NCBI GenBank assembly: GCA_026770705.1
Contig: JANJGN010000041.1
Coordinates: 5,084,001 to 5,148,000 of the forward strand
From: Isurus oxyrinchus
Lineage: Eukaryota
Length of the DNA stretch: 64,000 nucleotides
Direction: 5' to 3'
Shown: one piece after another, positions 1-11,880 of the stretch
How positions within the stretch are numbered: position 1 is the first letter of the stretch
Layout: each line of letters begins with the position of its first letter
The notes under the pieces: model-generated
Databases searched by the model: none
What the model was told of the DNA's origin: nothing
The model's input: the letters and a program-made list of their open reading frames with translations, nothing else
Translations under genes and position numbers: made by a program

Positions 1-11
1 TTTCCTTGCAG

Positions 12-889
12 TGAACCTATTCACGATTGTGATATTGAGGCGCCAGAGGTGCGGTCTCTCCAATTGTGTTACCCGTTACCTGGTGGCCATGGCAGTGGCT
101 GATCTACTGGTCATTATCCTCGACCTGATACTGAGGCATATTCCAATTGTGTTTGATAAGTATTTTATTTTCCTGCAATCAGTCCCAGTGTGTAATATCC
201 ACGCCGTCCTGCTCTATGCAGCCACTGACTGTTCTGTGTGGTTCACCGTCACTTTTACCTTGGATCGATTTGTGGCCATTTGTTGCCCGAAACTGAAAAC
301 TAAATATTGCAATGAAAAAACGGCAGCTGTGATTCTGGGAACCGTGATTGCACTGAGCTGTTCAAAGAACATTTTCTGGTATTTTTTACTCACAGGTCAG
401 TACTGGCTGGTAAACTTCCCCTGGTTTTGTGGTTACACAAAAGAGGTTCTGTTCTCTCCTGTCTGGGTGACAATCGAGTTCACCCATCACATTCTAACAC
501 CTTGTGTCCCATTTGTACTGATCCTGCTCATCAATATTTTGACAGTCGAGTATATTTTAGTGACCAGCATGACCCGCAGGAGCCTTCGGTCTCATAGGAG
601 AGGGGAGAGCCCCAGAGACCCAGAGATGGACAATCGAAAGAAATCGATCATGTTACTGTTTTATATTTCAGCCAATTTCATTGTTTTATGGGCAATGTTA
701 ATGTTTTATTCCATATGGGTTCGAATGTATGATTTTGGCTTTAATTCACTGTATCTACATTTTTTTGTTCTGCAATTGGGTTTCATGCTGCAGCTCCTGA
801 GTTGCTGCACAAACACTTGGATTTATGCTGTGACACAGACTAAGTTTCGGGAGCAGTTTTGGAAAATGTTGAAATATCCCTTCAATTAA
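12..889 (+). CDS. GPR139/GPR142-like class A GPCR, paralog 1: last (major) coding exon; exon 1 lies upstream of the window
   Basis: Pyrimidine tract and AG acceptor (tttccttgcag, 1-11), then an open frame to TAA at 887-889. Seven-TM pattern with MAVADLL (TM2), FTLDRFVAICCP (TM3), ILTPCVPF (TM5) and LLSCCTNTWIY (TM7). The phase-1 junction inside TM1 (G|TG AAC = V-N) matches that of paralog 2. Confidence 0.9.
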
Positions 890-1959
890 ATTTTTAATTA
901 GTTCAATGATTGGAAGAGCTGAATATCTGACATTTCTAGGACATAATTTCACAATTCCAGCACTGCATAACGGTCTGTCACTGGGTGGAATGAATCAATG
1001 CAAACTTCCTGAATTTTAACATTGAACTTAACGTTTTCAGTGGATAGGGGTGGAAACTGGGGTGGGGCTGTTGGGGTGGAGGGACTGCTTTAAGTTGGAA
1101 TTGAGAAGTCTTAAATTACTAGGAGTTTCCTGAGTTCTCTCAATGAATTTAACATTTCCAGCTGGCACGGGGGAATGGGGGTAGGATGGGGGTGTCTTGT
1201 GCATTCAATGGGTCCGTTTCAATGGAACCGAATCACTCAAAGCTTCCAGTATTTTCTCCTTTCATTGCTTTTGAATTGAGGAAAATTCTTCTCATTGGGA
1301 GAACAAATACACCACGATTTTCCAGAATTAAAGCATTTTCTCTTATTTATAGCTGTGGGGGTGGAGTGGTGGAGGGAGGGGGCGAGGGGAGGCCGTGAAT
1401 GTTACCTCACTGACCAACTACTCCCATCCAATTGGCCGATTGTAAAGCCTATCGTCCCCTCCGCCACACAGGAACGGAAGGTAATAAAGCTCAAGCCATT
1501 TGCACACTTCCATTGCCCACAAGACATGTCCATTATCCTTCTCTCTCGTACTGATTGAACAGAAAACTAAGCCACTGATAGCCTACTTCCAAAATCGCCG
1601 ATGCAACTGTCCACTGTTTCTCATTGATTGGACAGGAATCCTCCATCCAACACGTGATTGGAAGCCAAAATGGAATGCCGGAGTGGAACGTGGTGAGGTC
1701 TTGTCAGAGGAGGACTCGTCGCAGCATACAATTCAAGTAACCAACAACGGCAGTAGGAACACAAACTGAAAGTGAGGTATCAGCAGAAATTAGTGCATGG
1801 CAGCAGCACAGCTCACACTGAATTCTATTGTTTATAAAGGAAGTGGGTATCAATTCATCTGCAGAAAGAGAGCGGCGTTGTAGTGGATTTGGTGTGTGTG
1901 TGTGCGGGGCAAGACGGCACAACTGGACCTCGATCTCCCTAAAAGAAATGCAGATTGAC

Positions 1960-2280
1960 ATACAAAAAGAGGGAGCGAGAGAGAGGCATGTTGCTTAACA
2001 GACAGAAAGACACAGAGACTTTGAAAAAGAGATAGAAAGAATTTGAGTGGTGTGGGGGGGAGAGAAAGAGGCTGATAGAGAGAGAGGTGGAGGCAGAGTG
2101 AGAGATGAACGTACTGGGATGTAGAGGAACAGAAAAACAGAGAGCGGGAAAGAGATAAAGGGAGAAAAAGAGGCTGGAAGAGAACAACAGTGAGAAAGGG
2201 AGAGACGAACAATGAGACAGGGAGAGAGGAAGACATTGAGTAACGGGAGGGGAGGTGAAAAAGAGGTAAGACAGGGATTG
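1960..2280. repeat. GA-rich low-complexity tract
   Basis: Degenerate (GA/GAGA/GAAA)n. It produces the spurious S/L/F-rich minus-strand ORFs. Confidence 0.85.
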
Positions 2281-2337
2281 GGTTAGTCACATCGTGGATG
2301 AGATTTGGGAATTAAGCAGGGGGACATGGAAATTGCA

Positions 2338-2840
2338 GCTGAATGTATTTTAAATAGGGTGAATTCCCATTCACTTAGCACCAATCTGCTGAATGTATTT
2401 TAGCCAGTACGCACTTATCAACACCGTGCTGAATCTATTTTAACCAACAATAAATCCCACTCACATATTATGACCCCGCTGAACGTATTTTAACCAGCAC
2501 TAAATCCCATTAACTTATCAATGATCCGCTGAATATATTTTAACCAGCACTAAATCCATTAATTTGTCAACAATCTGTTGAATGTATGTTAGTCAGCAAT
2601 AAATCCCACTCACACATTACCACTCTGTTGCTTGTATTTTAACCAGCTCTAAATACCATTCACTTATCACCACTTTGCTGAATGCATTTTATCCAGCACG
2701 AAACACCATTCACTAATCAATACCCTGCTGAATGTATTTTAACCAGCAGTAAACCCATTCACTTATGAGCACTCTGCTGTATATATGTTAGCCAACACTA
2801 AATCCACTCAATTATCAACACCCTGCTGAATCTATTCTAA
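2338..2840. repeat. ~50-bp minisatellite, about 10 copies
   Basis: Unit GCTGAATGTATTTTAACCAGCACTAAATCCCATTCACTTATCAACACTCT recurs at ~2338, 2388, 2428, 2478, 2528, 2577, 2627, 2677, 2727, 2776 and 2825. Confidence 0.92.
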
Positions 2841-3499
2841 AAGGCACAAAATCACATGCCTGGTCGGGGAATCTTATACATTCGTATGTGTTAAAATTAG
2901 AGAATTAGCTTACTATTGATATCCTGAATATATATGTCAACTTATGGTGATGACTTAAAATTACTGCACAAACACGTTAATTTATGCAGTGAGTCACTCC
3001 AAAATCAGACAGCAGTTAAAGTCTGTGGTGAAGCATCCATTCCGAACATCATTCAGAGAATGAGCCAATCCGGGAGCACCACTGCTGTCTGACAGGCAGC
3101 ACAGCCAATCTGGAGCTTCTCCCAGGGACTCACACAACCACTACCCAAAACCACCATCTCCACAGCCACTCAACTAATTCACACACCCCGTTATTAAAAG
3201 CCACCTCATCCAATTGGTATGATTGACCAGGTGAATCACGATTCACTGAGCCTATTTGGTATTTTGTTGACATTCGCGTGACAAAATCCTCGAAATCCGC
3301 CTGGTGAATGACACCTTACGTGAACCAAACAGGGAGCATCATTATGTGGCTAAAAAACGCAACAGCCAATCTGGGACTTCATTTGGTAACTCAGGGCCTT
3401 CTTCCCCAATCAGGCAGCTGCTTTTGGTGCTTTACGGTCGGGGCAGTTGGTCAGCAAGTTTTAGATAGAGGCTAACATACTTACGGCACTCCTGGCTGC

Positions 3500-6050
3500 C
3501 TGGATGACCATATATGCAGAATGTGGCATCTGTTTAACGCGCTTGAGAACCGGGTTTTGGAGCTCAACCATCGGCTGGATGCAGTGGTGCACTCCGGTGC
3601 GCGAGACTCATATAGACAGCATGTTTCTTTTTTTTCACACAGTCACCGCACAGCTTAAGGAAGTGCAGTCAGACAAGGAATGGGTTACCCAAGTCAGAGG
3701 AAGGGGTGCTAGCAGTTAGTCAGGAAAGCCACCGAGTGTGTCTCATTTAAAAACAGTTTCTTTCCCTGTGTTGGAAAATGGTGACCGTGTTTATTCCCAT
3801 TGAGAATGCAGCCAGAGCCCAGCTACACAAGCTGGGAGTGGAGAAAGTGAGGGAGAACAATCGTGTCGGAGACCCCAAATTGTGGGTGAGTCAGGCGTAT
3901 CAGCGGCCAAAGGCATAACTCCAGAATGGTGTGTTGCATCCCTGGAGCCAGGGTCAAGACTGTCATTTTACTGCTCCAAGGAATTCTGAATGGGGAGGGC
4001 GAGCAGTCAAATGACATGGTTCACATTCGTCCTAAATGACTTATGCACAAAGCGGGATGAGGACCAAGAATTTAGGGAGCAAGGTAGCAGCTTGAAAAGC
4101 AGGGCATCAAAGATTCTAATTTCTGGATTAATTCCGATGCCACGTCCTACTGTGAAGAAAAATAGGTGGATAGATTAAATTCATGTGTGGCTGATGATGT
4201 GGTGCAGGAGGACTACTGAAAGTTTTTCGGTCATTGGGTGTGTTTCTTGTAGAGGTGGGAGGTGAGGAAGTCCAAGATATTTTACCTCAACCGGAAATGC
4301 ATCAAAATTATTTATTGGTAGGGCTGGGGTTGGGGGTGGTGACGTGGTGCGGGCGCTGGAGAGTGGAGGTTTGCTGGTGCTGTTGTTGCGGGTTTAAACA
4401 AATTTGGCAATGCGATAGGATATGTAATGGATGTTACGTAGGATGTGATTTATAGGCAAGTTTAGAAGAAAAACTACGTCAGCCAGGAAGACAGCGATTA
4501 TATAGTCAAGTTAAGGCACAAAGGAGAATGGCAGGGATGGATGGCACTTATTTTCATCCAAAGAGTCATGTGAGTCGGGCAGAATAATTGACAGTGTTGA
4601 TTAACACAGAGATCTGGTGAAGGAAAGGGCAGGGCTGGCAGCTCAAAATTCTGTTTATGGAATCCGCAGTCGAGACGAGGCTGCCGTTGGCGGGAGGGCG
4701 GTCGGAGTAGAGGAGTTGGTTCACAACATTAATCAATGAGTCAATTGCTGCAAAGAGGAAAGATGATACCTTAGTGAGTTCCTCAGATGAGGCCGTATGG
4801 TTTGAGCTGAAATTCAAAAAGGGGCCAATCAATTTGCCACACCGAAACAGCCAGATTGATAGAAATGCTGACAAAATCAGAGAAGTGGAATAATAACAGG
4901 GTAAAAATAGTAGCTTTCCACTTTCCCCTATCTACGAGGATATACAAAGTCGTGATGGCTTAGAGGGGACAGAATTTTCAAAATGTACCGAGGGAAGATT
5001 TTTAATGTGAAGAATATGAATCCCACAAGAAAGGCAGTAGTGCTGGGCTTAGCATTTGGGAACAAAACTGGGCTATTGGTAGAAGTTTAAAAGGGGGAGA
5101 ATTTCTCTGATTTTGTCCATAATTCAGTAAGTGTTAAGGTAGTTATTGGGAAGGATAAAATGCACCTGATATAAAGCTGCTGAATTGGGAAAGCATGTTT
5201 TTAATAATTTAGTATACGATCCTGTCAAAGTGAACTGGAAGCATCCATCTGTCCAAAAACCTGCATCAGAGCAGAGGGAAGTTTGCAAAAAATGAAATAT
5301 TGAGTGCTGGGGCAAACATTTCCAGAAAGCCCTGGATTTCGAGGAATGCACTGGATTGAATGAGGGAAAACAGGAAGCTCCTCGAGGAAGCTGATGGCTC
5401 AAAAAAGCATGAGTCCTTCAAAATATGTAAATTGTGTATAGTTACTTAAATAAGGAAAGTAGGAGATCGAAGAGGGAGCATTGGAAAACACTGGCAGGTT
5501 AAATAAAGTAAAGCAAAAAGGCTTTTCGTAAGTATTTTACGGTCAGAGGATCACCAGAGAAAGAGCAGCTCGCATTTGGGACAAAATTAGTGTGTGGATT
5601 TATGAGATTGCGATGTTATTTCAAAAGTGCACCTTGCATCTGTATTTAGTGTAGAGAAGAGCGATGTAGGTATAGAAATCAGCGACGGGGACTGTGATGC
5701 ACTTGAACAATTTAGGATTGAGAGGGAGGAGATATTAGATGTTTTATCTGACTTTGAAGTAGATAACTCGCCAGACCTAGATGCGATGATTTCCAGGCTG
5801 CTCTGCAAGGCAAGGAAGGAGATTGAAGTGTCCCTGACATTAATTTCAAAATCCAGCCTCGTCACAGGAGAATCTCAGTTGACTTAAGGTCAGCGAATGT
5901 ATTATCATTATTCAAATTAGGTGCCAAAAATCCAGGCAGCATTAAATTAGAGGATCTAAAATCAGTGTTAGGGAAACTTTCGGAAAAAAAAAATATCTGG
6001 GAGAGGACTGACCTCTGCTTGGAGAGGCAGGGATTAATCAGCGATAGTCA
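3500..6050 (+). mobile_element. Decayed CR1-type LINE (ORF1 esterase-like region plus ORF2 endonuclease to start of RT)
   Basis: Broken translations VCCIPGARVK, LNDL and ILISGLIPMPR (CR1 ORF1 SGNH-like), and HLASVFSVE...EILDVLSDFEVDNSPDLDAMISRLLCKARKEI (CR1 ORF2 motif KSPGPDGIHPRVL). Many stops and frameshifts. Confidence 0.85.
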
Positions 6051-6649
6051 GCATTATTAACCTGGATTGCCATTGACTTTCCCGCAGTTAATCAAAACAT
6101 TCTGGTTCTTTTAATCTGTGCAGGGTCTCTTGCGAAATTTTGATCCAGTTGGTACACTTACTTTCCAAGTATGTGGTCCAGCAGTGCCTCATTTCTCCTG
6201 GAACTGGAAACGCACTGCAGTAGAAATGTTTCCTGAGCACAGTTTAGGAACTGCTATTATCAGTATCTACATTCGACTAATTGAACTCCCTCGTTCTAAG
6301 TATTCTACAATGCTTGCACTTCAGTGTAATTTCCTTGCCAATTCGAGATTGTGCCCTTGCCACTTTGGTCTATACTATTTCTCCTGCACTGCAACATCAT
6401 ACAAGTCTCGACGATGCCACCGGAAGTCACCTAATAAGAATTTGCAACATCGCAACAGCTAAATGAATGAAGCCAAAATCAAAAAAATGGCTGGAATAAG
6501 TCCCCAGATTCCCATGGTGTGACCTGAGATAACATGTCAACATTGCTGATGGAGTTAGTGGTAGTTTTACAAAATGAAAACAGAAACCCCAAGAGGAGTT
6601 TGCTAAATTATGAAGCTTCCTTTGAGACGTGGAGGCCTAAGGTCTGCAC

Positions 6650-9600
6650 CAGAAGAAGTGGAAGTCCATTGCCTGGCTGCCCAAAAGTGCAGAATCGATG
6701 AACATGCGCTGATCTCAAAAAACTGAATGCAATGCACAAACAAACAGAAGAAAGGAGAACGGATGATAGATGTATCCATTTTAGGGGAAATCCACTTTTT
6801 TTTTTAGAAGAAGCACCTGAGTAAAGCAGAGTCCATACACCTGGCCAAATCAATACAGATTGAGCAAAATACAAAATGAAGCTGGAGGTAAGTATTAAAA
6901 TAGGCAGGACTCTCAGGACTTAGCACATCAAGGCGGCAGCTGGAGGAAAGCTGCAGCAAAAACTGGCAGCATTCCACCAGGAGGCCCAGCTGAAGTGAAC
7001 GTAAGTTTTATTTATACAATTAATGCAATTAATTTAAACGACATGCTGAGTAGAGAAGAACCTGAAGCTTTTAATAAAAAAAATGCTCCTTTCATTTGAA
7101 CCCTGGGTTCTTGCTTTAAGAAAAATGAATGCCGGGTTAACAGGCCTAACCTTTTGAATAAAATGGGACGGCCACAGTGCAATACTGCCGAATATTAAAA
7201 AAAAGTGTGGAAATTCACAGCAGGGTTATTGACAGCTGCAGAGTCATCCTTAAGTGGATAAAAATGGATGTGGCACAGACAGCCATAAATGCGCAATGGC
7301 ATTTAAAAAGATTAACTCAGGAAAAGAAAAATAAATTGCCTTGGATACGAAATTCCATCACAGCCACATTTTTGCTTCTGCAAGGCATGAAGGGATAGTT
7401 TTCTTTATTTAAATTATTGGATGATTCAAGTCAAAGCACAATCTCTGGAGTCATCCAGGCCAGCACCAACTTTACCCTCATTTACTGAATTGCATGACCG
7501 GTAATCCCAAGCTAGTACATTGATAATTCCTCAACCACCTTCAATGACAAAATAAATGCCTTTCATGAATCTTTGAAACATCAAGTTGAGGACTCTGTAG
7601 AGCCTTACAAGATGCATACAAATCCTGTAGCAAATTAACAATCGGCGAAATTACGTCCTTGAACACGTTATATGAGGCAACATAAAGGTCCAGAACTTCC
7701 TGGAAATCCCTGGAACCTGTTTTTATGGGGGGCCTGTGAGATGATTGCTAATTACTTTCCCTATAAAATACCGATAATTGCTTCCAGCATTGTGCAAGCA
7801 GCTGGTAGTGAGCAGCAGGGAAATTAATAAAACTAGCGACTTGTCACGTGAAGGAGAAAAAGCATTAAATAAAAAGCAATCGCTTGTTTCAAAGCTGAAC
7901 AGGATGAATTGAAGTGTGAGATTCAGGCTGGATATGTAGATTTGAAAATGCATCGCAAAACGCAGTCTTCAAAGAGCCAGAATTTTCGAGGCCTGAACAA
8001 ACAGAAGTTAGAGATAAAACAAATGGGGCAGGGTGGGAATTAGCACCCTCAAATGCACAGTTGGCAAATCAAACCGTGAGTTAGAAAATCTCATCCACAT
8101 GTACAGCCAAGCAAAACAATAGGGAATAAAAAGATTCAAATAAGCAGGAAAATTGAAAGGCTCTCTGCACAATGAACCTATATAGGTCAAAAAATCATCA
8201 AAAAACAAGATGTTGAATATTATTTGAGAATAAAGCTGCATTGGAACTATCAGCAGTATCAAAGGAACAGACTGAAGCTCAGGGTGAGTTGGTGTTAGTT
8301 GGCCAAGGAATTAATTAGTCGGAAAACAGCTGATTGTCCTGCTTCTTCAAAAAGCACAAATAAGTACATTATTCTTCAGCAGCATGAATACATTAAAATC
8401 TCTCCTACACAGCAGAACGGAAGAAGAGCACAGTAAAATCGAGGAGAACTTGCTGAATAAAAGGAAAGTGAAGATGAAGCAATTGAAGCTTCACAGCGCG
8501 AAAGAAAGCCTGGAGAAAAAAATTAACACATTACAGATGTCCCTGAGGCCAAATCATTTTCCTATGCAAAATGATGAAGAGTAGCAGATTAATTTCATCT
8601 GACTCTGAACAAAATGGAAACGCAATTTGCAGGGAAGACTCCAGAATTTTGAAAATTATAGGAATAAGCCTAATCTGCCAGAAAAAAAGGACAGAAGAGC
8701 TGAAGAAACAGCTGACATTGAAAGGAAAAGTTAAAGCCCTTTCCAAAAATGCAAGCAGGTGATGAAGTTATGAACAAAACATTTGGAGAACTGTAGGAAT
8801 TTACCTGCCAACGGAGACAGGCCTGGCCAACAGTGAAACCCACATGAAGGACAAAGAGAAATCACTGCTGCAGGCAGAGGACGGAGGGGGGCACTGGCAA
8901 ACTAGCAGGGTCACTGCATTGGAAGCCCAGAGACCCAGGCTACTGCTCTGGAAGCATGGGCGCCACATCCACCATGGCGGCTGGAGGAATTAGAATTCAG
9001 CTCTTAAACCTGTAATTGCAAGCTAGCCCCAGTGATGGGCACCATGAAACTATCATCGATTATCATCAAATCCCATCACTTTACCAATGTACGTTAATTG
9101 AATGTCTGCCTTGCTGAACTGTTTTGACCGAAAAGTGGCTCCAGGAACCCAGCAATGCAGCCGGCTATAAACTGCGCTCAGCAGTCACCTAGTGAGTTCA
9201 GTTCAAAAACAAAATATATGGGCAAACAAATGCCGGTTTTCCAGCTACGCCCACAACCTTTGGAAGAATAAGGAAGAAGAAAGATTGAAAAAAGATTGTA
9301 ATTTGCGAATCTGATACTGAAGCTCAAGAGACAAAAATGCAAAATCACTGGATTCCTCAAACGGACTGAGGGTTGTTGAAAGGTGACCTGGCTGAAATGG
9401 AGATCAAGAAGCGGGAACATCAAAGAAATGGTGAGCAATTCCAAGGAGAAGTCAAAGTTCTCACAGAATAGCGGGAGGATTTTCATCTACAAAAAGGCCA
9501 AGTAAACTTAAAGAATGTGAATGTGCAGCACGGCACTCATGAAAGCGACGCTGCTGAGCGAAAAATGGTCAGTGTAGAGAACTAACTTTCATGTACAGAG

Positions 9601-9790
9601 GTTCAGTTTGCTGAGATGTTGGATCTTCAGCATGAAAATACCCCCAAAAAATTAAGCCGCCATCCAATGTGAAGAAGATGGAGAATGAGATGTGTCATTT
9701 GGAAGAGGGAAGACAGACTCTGAAGACTCGAACAAGCAGTTTCAGGATTTAATGACTGAATTGGGCGAATCAAAGGGGCAGTCAAGGGGC
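6650..9790 (+). pseudogene. Heavily decayed, apparently intronless ODF2/cenexin-like coiled-coil pseudogene, interrupted by a SINE
   Basis: Collinear peptide blocks resemble remembered human ODF2: KLEVSIKIG~KSEVKMQKG (~6880); MDVAQTA..MAFKK~MDGAAAA..MALKD (~7264); LHSRTEEEHSKIEENLLNK..KLHSA~LHRQTAEYSAFKLENERLK..KLNQA (~8405, ungapped); ILKIIGISLICQ~ILKITEAKLAECQ (~8647); EIKKRE~EEKTRE (~9400); AAERKMVSVEN*LS~AAQNKILDLETQLS (~9560); SEDSNKQFQ~SESTNRSMQ (~9720). Numerous stops and frameshifts. Confidence 0.55.
8884..9272 (+). mobile_element. tRNA-derived SINE (chondrichthyan-type), decayed, inserted in the ODF2-like pseudogene
   Basis: Degenerate tRNA-like head (...CCAGAGACCCAGGCTACTGCTCTGG...CCCACCATGGCGGCTGG) and central block (GGCACCATGAAACTATC...CCCAGCAATG). 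The 3' tail GGGCAAACAAATGCCGG...CGCCCACAACC...GAATAA resembles the LINE 3' ends at ~21610, ~48770 and ~54740. Confidence 0.7.
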
Positions 9791-10550
9791 ATATAAAAAA
9801 AACCTGAAAGGAACTGACTGTACAGGTCAGCGTAACCCTGTATAAAGATTTCACAGATAATTCCGAAGGAAAAGCAGCTCAACTTTCAGACCAATTGCTG
9901 ACCTCAAGGAAAATGTTCAGATGTGTGCAAAAAGATTTGCAGATAAAAGAGCAATCACAACTTTGGCTGAAGTTGTGAAACAAATGGAAATTAATGTCCC
10001 ATTTCTCAATCATCAACATCAAGCTCGATCATGGGGGACACAGTGGAAATAGAAAATCCCAGTCCACTCCAATATTGCTCGGAGTGCATATTCCCCTCAT
10101 AAAGAATGGAACAAACACACCTTGCCCGAGCAGATCAAATGGGATGCTGATAATCAAAAAGGGAACTCAAAGGAGCACAATAATCCAATCAAATGGAGAG
10201 AAACAAGTGTGAGAAATACGGAGCATCACAATCTAAAGCTTAAACTGAAAACGTCAGCCCGAAGAAGCTTTTTAAACTATTCATCCACATGGAACACACA
10301 GGAATGTTAAAGAATGTTCAAATATCAAGACAGCTGAATTCATGATGTGTTAGCGTTGTCCAGGTCCGCGAGGTTGGGGGGTGGGGAGAGGGGGAGTGGG
10401 GGTGCTGTGGGGAGTAGTTGCGAGGTGGCGGTATTGTGTCAGAGAAATGTAGCAAACAAATGTTTTACTGGAAATAATTATAGTCAGATGGAAGGAAGGA
10501 TGGTTGGTTTTAAAGGATGCTGCTATTGTCTCGAGTAGCAGCATGGCGAT

Positions 10551-10845
10551 TGTAATGTAAAGGTTTTCAGGACAGTAAGGGTTAATGTCGCTTTGGGGAA
10601 TAGTATCGCGACTGGTCTGATGCATAGGGTTACATGATTGTAGACGTAGAAGCCAAGTATGAAGCAACTAGTAAAGTGGCTGCACCCGTGTATGCGGAAC
10701 ATCGGATATGTATATCATTAAAGCTTAACAATGAATAGTTCATGTTTAATCATTGCAAGTCGGGAGACCTCTCAGTGGGAGATCAAAGCAGCATTTTCAA
10801 CAATTCCCAAATTAGGGCAGGAGGCAACACTGACCAATCAAACAT
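10551..10845. mobile_element. Possible solo LTR
   Basis: Begins TGTAATG...GTAAGGGTTAATGT, has an AT-rich polyA-signal-like stretch and ends near ...AACA. No convincing TSD seen. Confidence 0.3.
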
Positions 10846-11499
10846 TGCCAGGGCAAGTATAGCATATCGTTATATAGAGATTAATGCCCCATCTAAACGC
10901 TCCTAATTACAGAATACATGAACTTGTATTTCACGTGGTTTGATGCAGACAAATTTCCCTCTAAAGACATCAAACACTCTAAGGGAAGGTACAACAGTAG
11001 ATGAGGTATATAACCAATCTCCCTATTCACTGTCCTCATTGTACCCATCTCAGCACCGATACACCAAAGATTTAGATACGGACAACTCTCTGTCTGCAAT
11101 GTCCCCTTCGAGCATTCCAAAGGCTGTTATAACACTGGCTTAGATTGACAACTGCGCATTCCCCAGTAAACCTTCCAATAGCTGGCTCAATCCGGGGGTT
11201 GAGGCATAAGACTGCGGGGAATAACCAGTCAGTACTATTAATGTGATATATAAAGTGAGCTTTATTCAATGCAGGCATATCCCACTATACTTATAGTATT
11301 TCACAGCTGGTCAAATCATCTGCCAATGTTCTCGTAGATGTGTTTTCCTATTTATGGCGTCCCTATTGCCGATAATCCCAAGCTGTTTTAGAGTAGCTTT
11401 TGTTTTCCATACACCTTGTAATTTCTCACTAACTTGCAGCCAAAGCAGCCTGGACTGCTGCCACTGTGCTGCGCATAATTGCTTGTTATTTCCGTTTCT

Positions 11500-11710
11500 C
11501 TTTTAGATGCTTCCGTTCACTGAATTTCTGAGAAGGAGAAAGAAACAAAAGCACTCTTCTTAGGTTCTGGTTTCTTACGTTAGGTGTTTCATGAATGTAA
11601 TTGTTGTTAATCTTTTAGATGCTTCCGTTCACTGATTTTGTGAGAAGGAAGATGAAACATAAGCACTTCTCTTAATTTCCGTGTTGTTACGTCTGGTGTG
11701 TCGTGAATGG
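11500..11710. repeat. Two-copy direct duplication, period ~112 bp
   Basis: CTTTTAGATGCTTCCGTTCACTGA...GAGAAGGA...GAAACA.AAGCACT...GAATG at 11500 and 11612. Confidence 0.85.
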
Positions 11711-11754
11711 AGATAGCAAAATGAGTAATAAAGAGTCTATGTGGATAGCTAGTC

Positions 11755-11880
11755 TGCGTGTGTCTGTGTGTCTCTTTGTGTGTTTTGTTCATGCATGTTT
11801 CTGTGTGTGTTTATGTTTCTGTGTGTGTATGTATGCATGTGTCTGTGAGTGTGTGTGTATGTGGGTGTGTGTGTGCGTGC
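11755..11880. repeat. Degenerate (TG)n microsatellite
   Basis: Long interrupted TG run, the source of C/V-rich spurious ORFs. Confidence 0.9.

Noticed and set aside
1850-2290. 146-aa hydrophobic minus-strand ORF (also 27277-27732 and 32691-33098)
   Set aside because: These are translations of GA/CT/CTAT low-complexity tracts.
3477-3500. ATACTTAC... resembling the U1 snRNA 5' end
   Set aside because: The match ends after 8 nt and there is no U1 body.
6888-6903. GTAAGT...TAG mini-intron in the ODF2-like region
   Set aside because: Only 16 nt long, and the reading KLEVSIKIG aligns through it.
6281-7950. Initial resemblance of scattered peptides to CCDC178
   Set aside because: The matches were short and not collinear in spacing. 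ODF2-like blocks explain the region more consistently.
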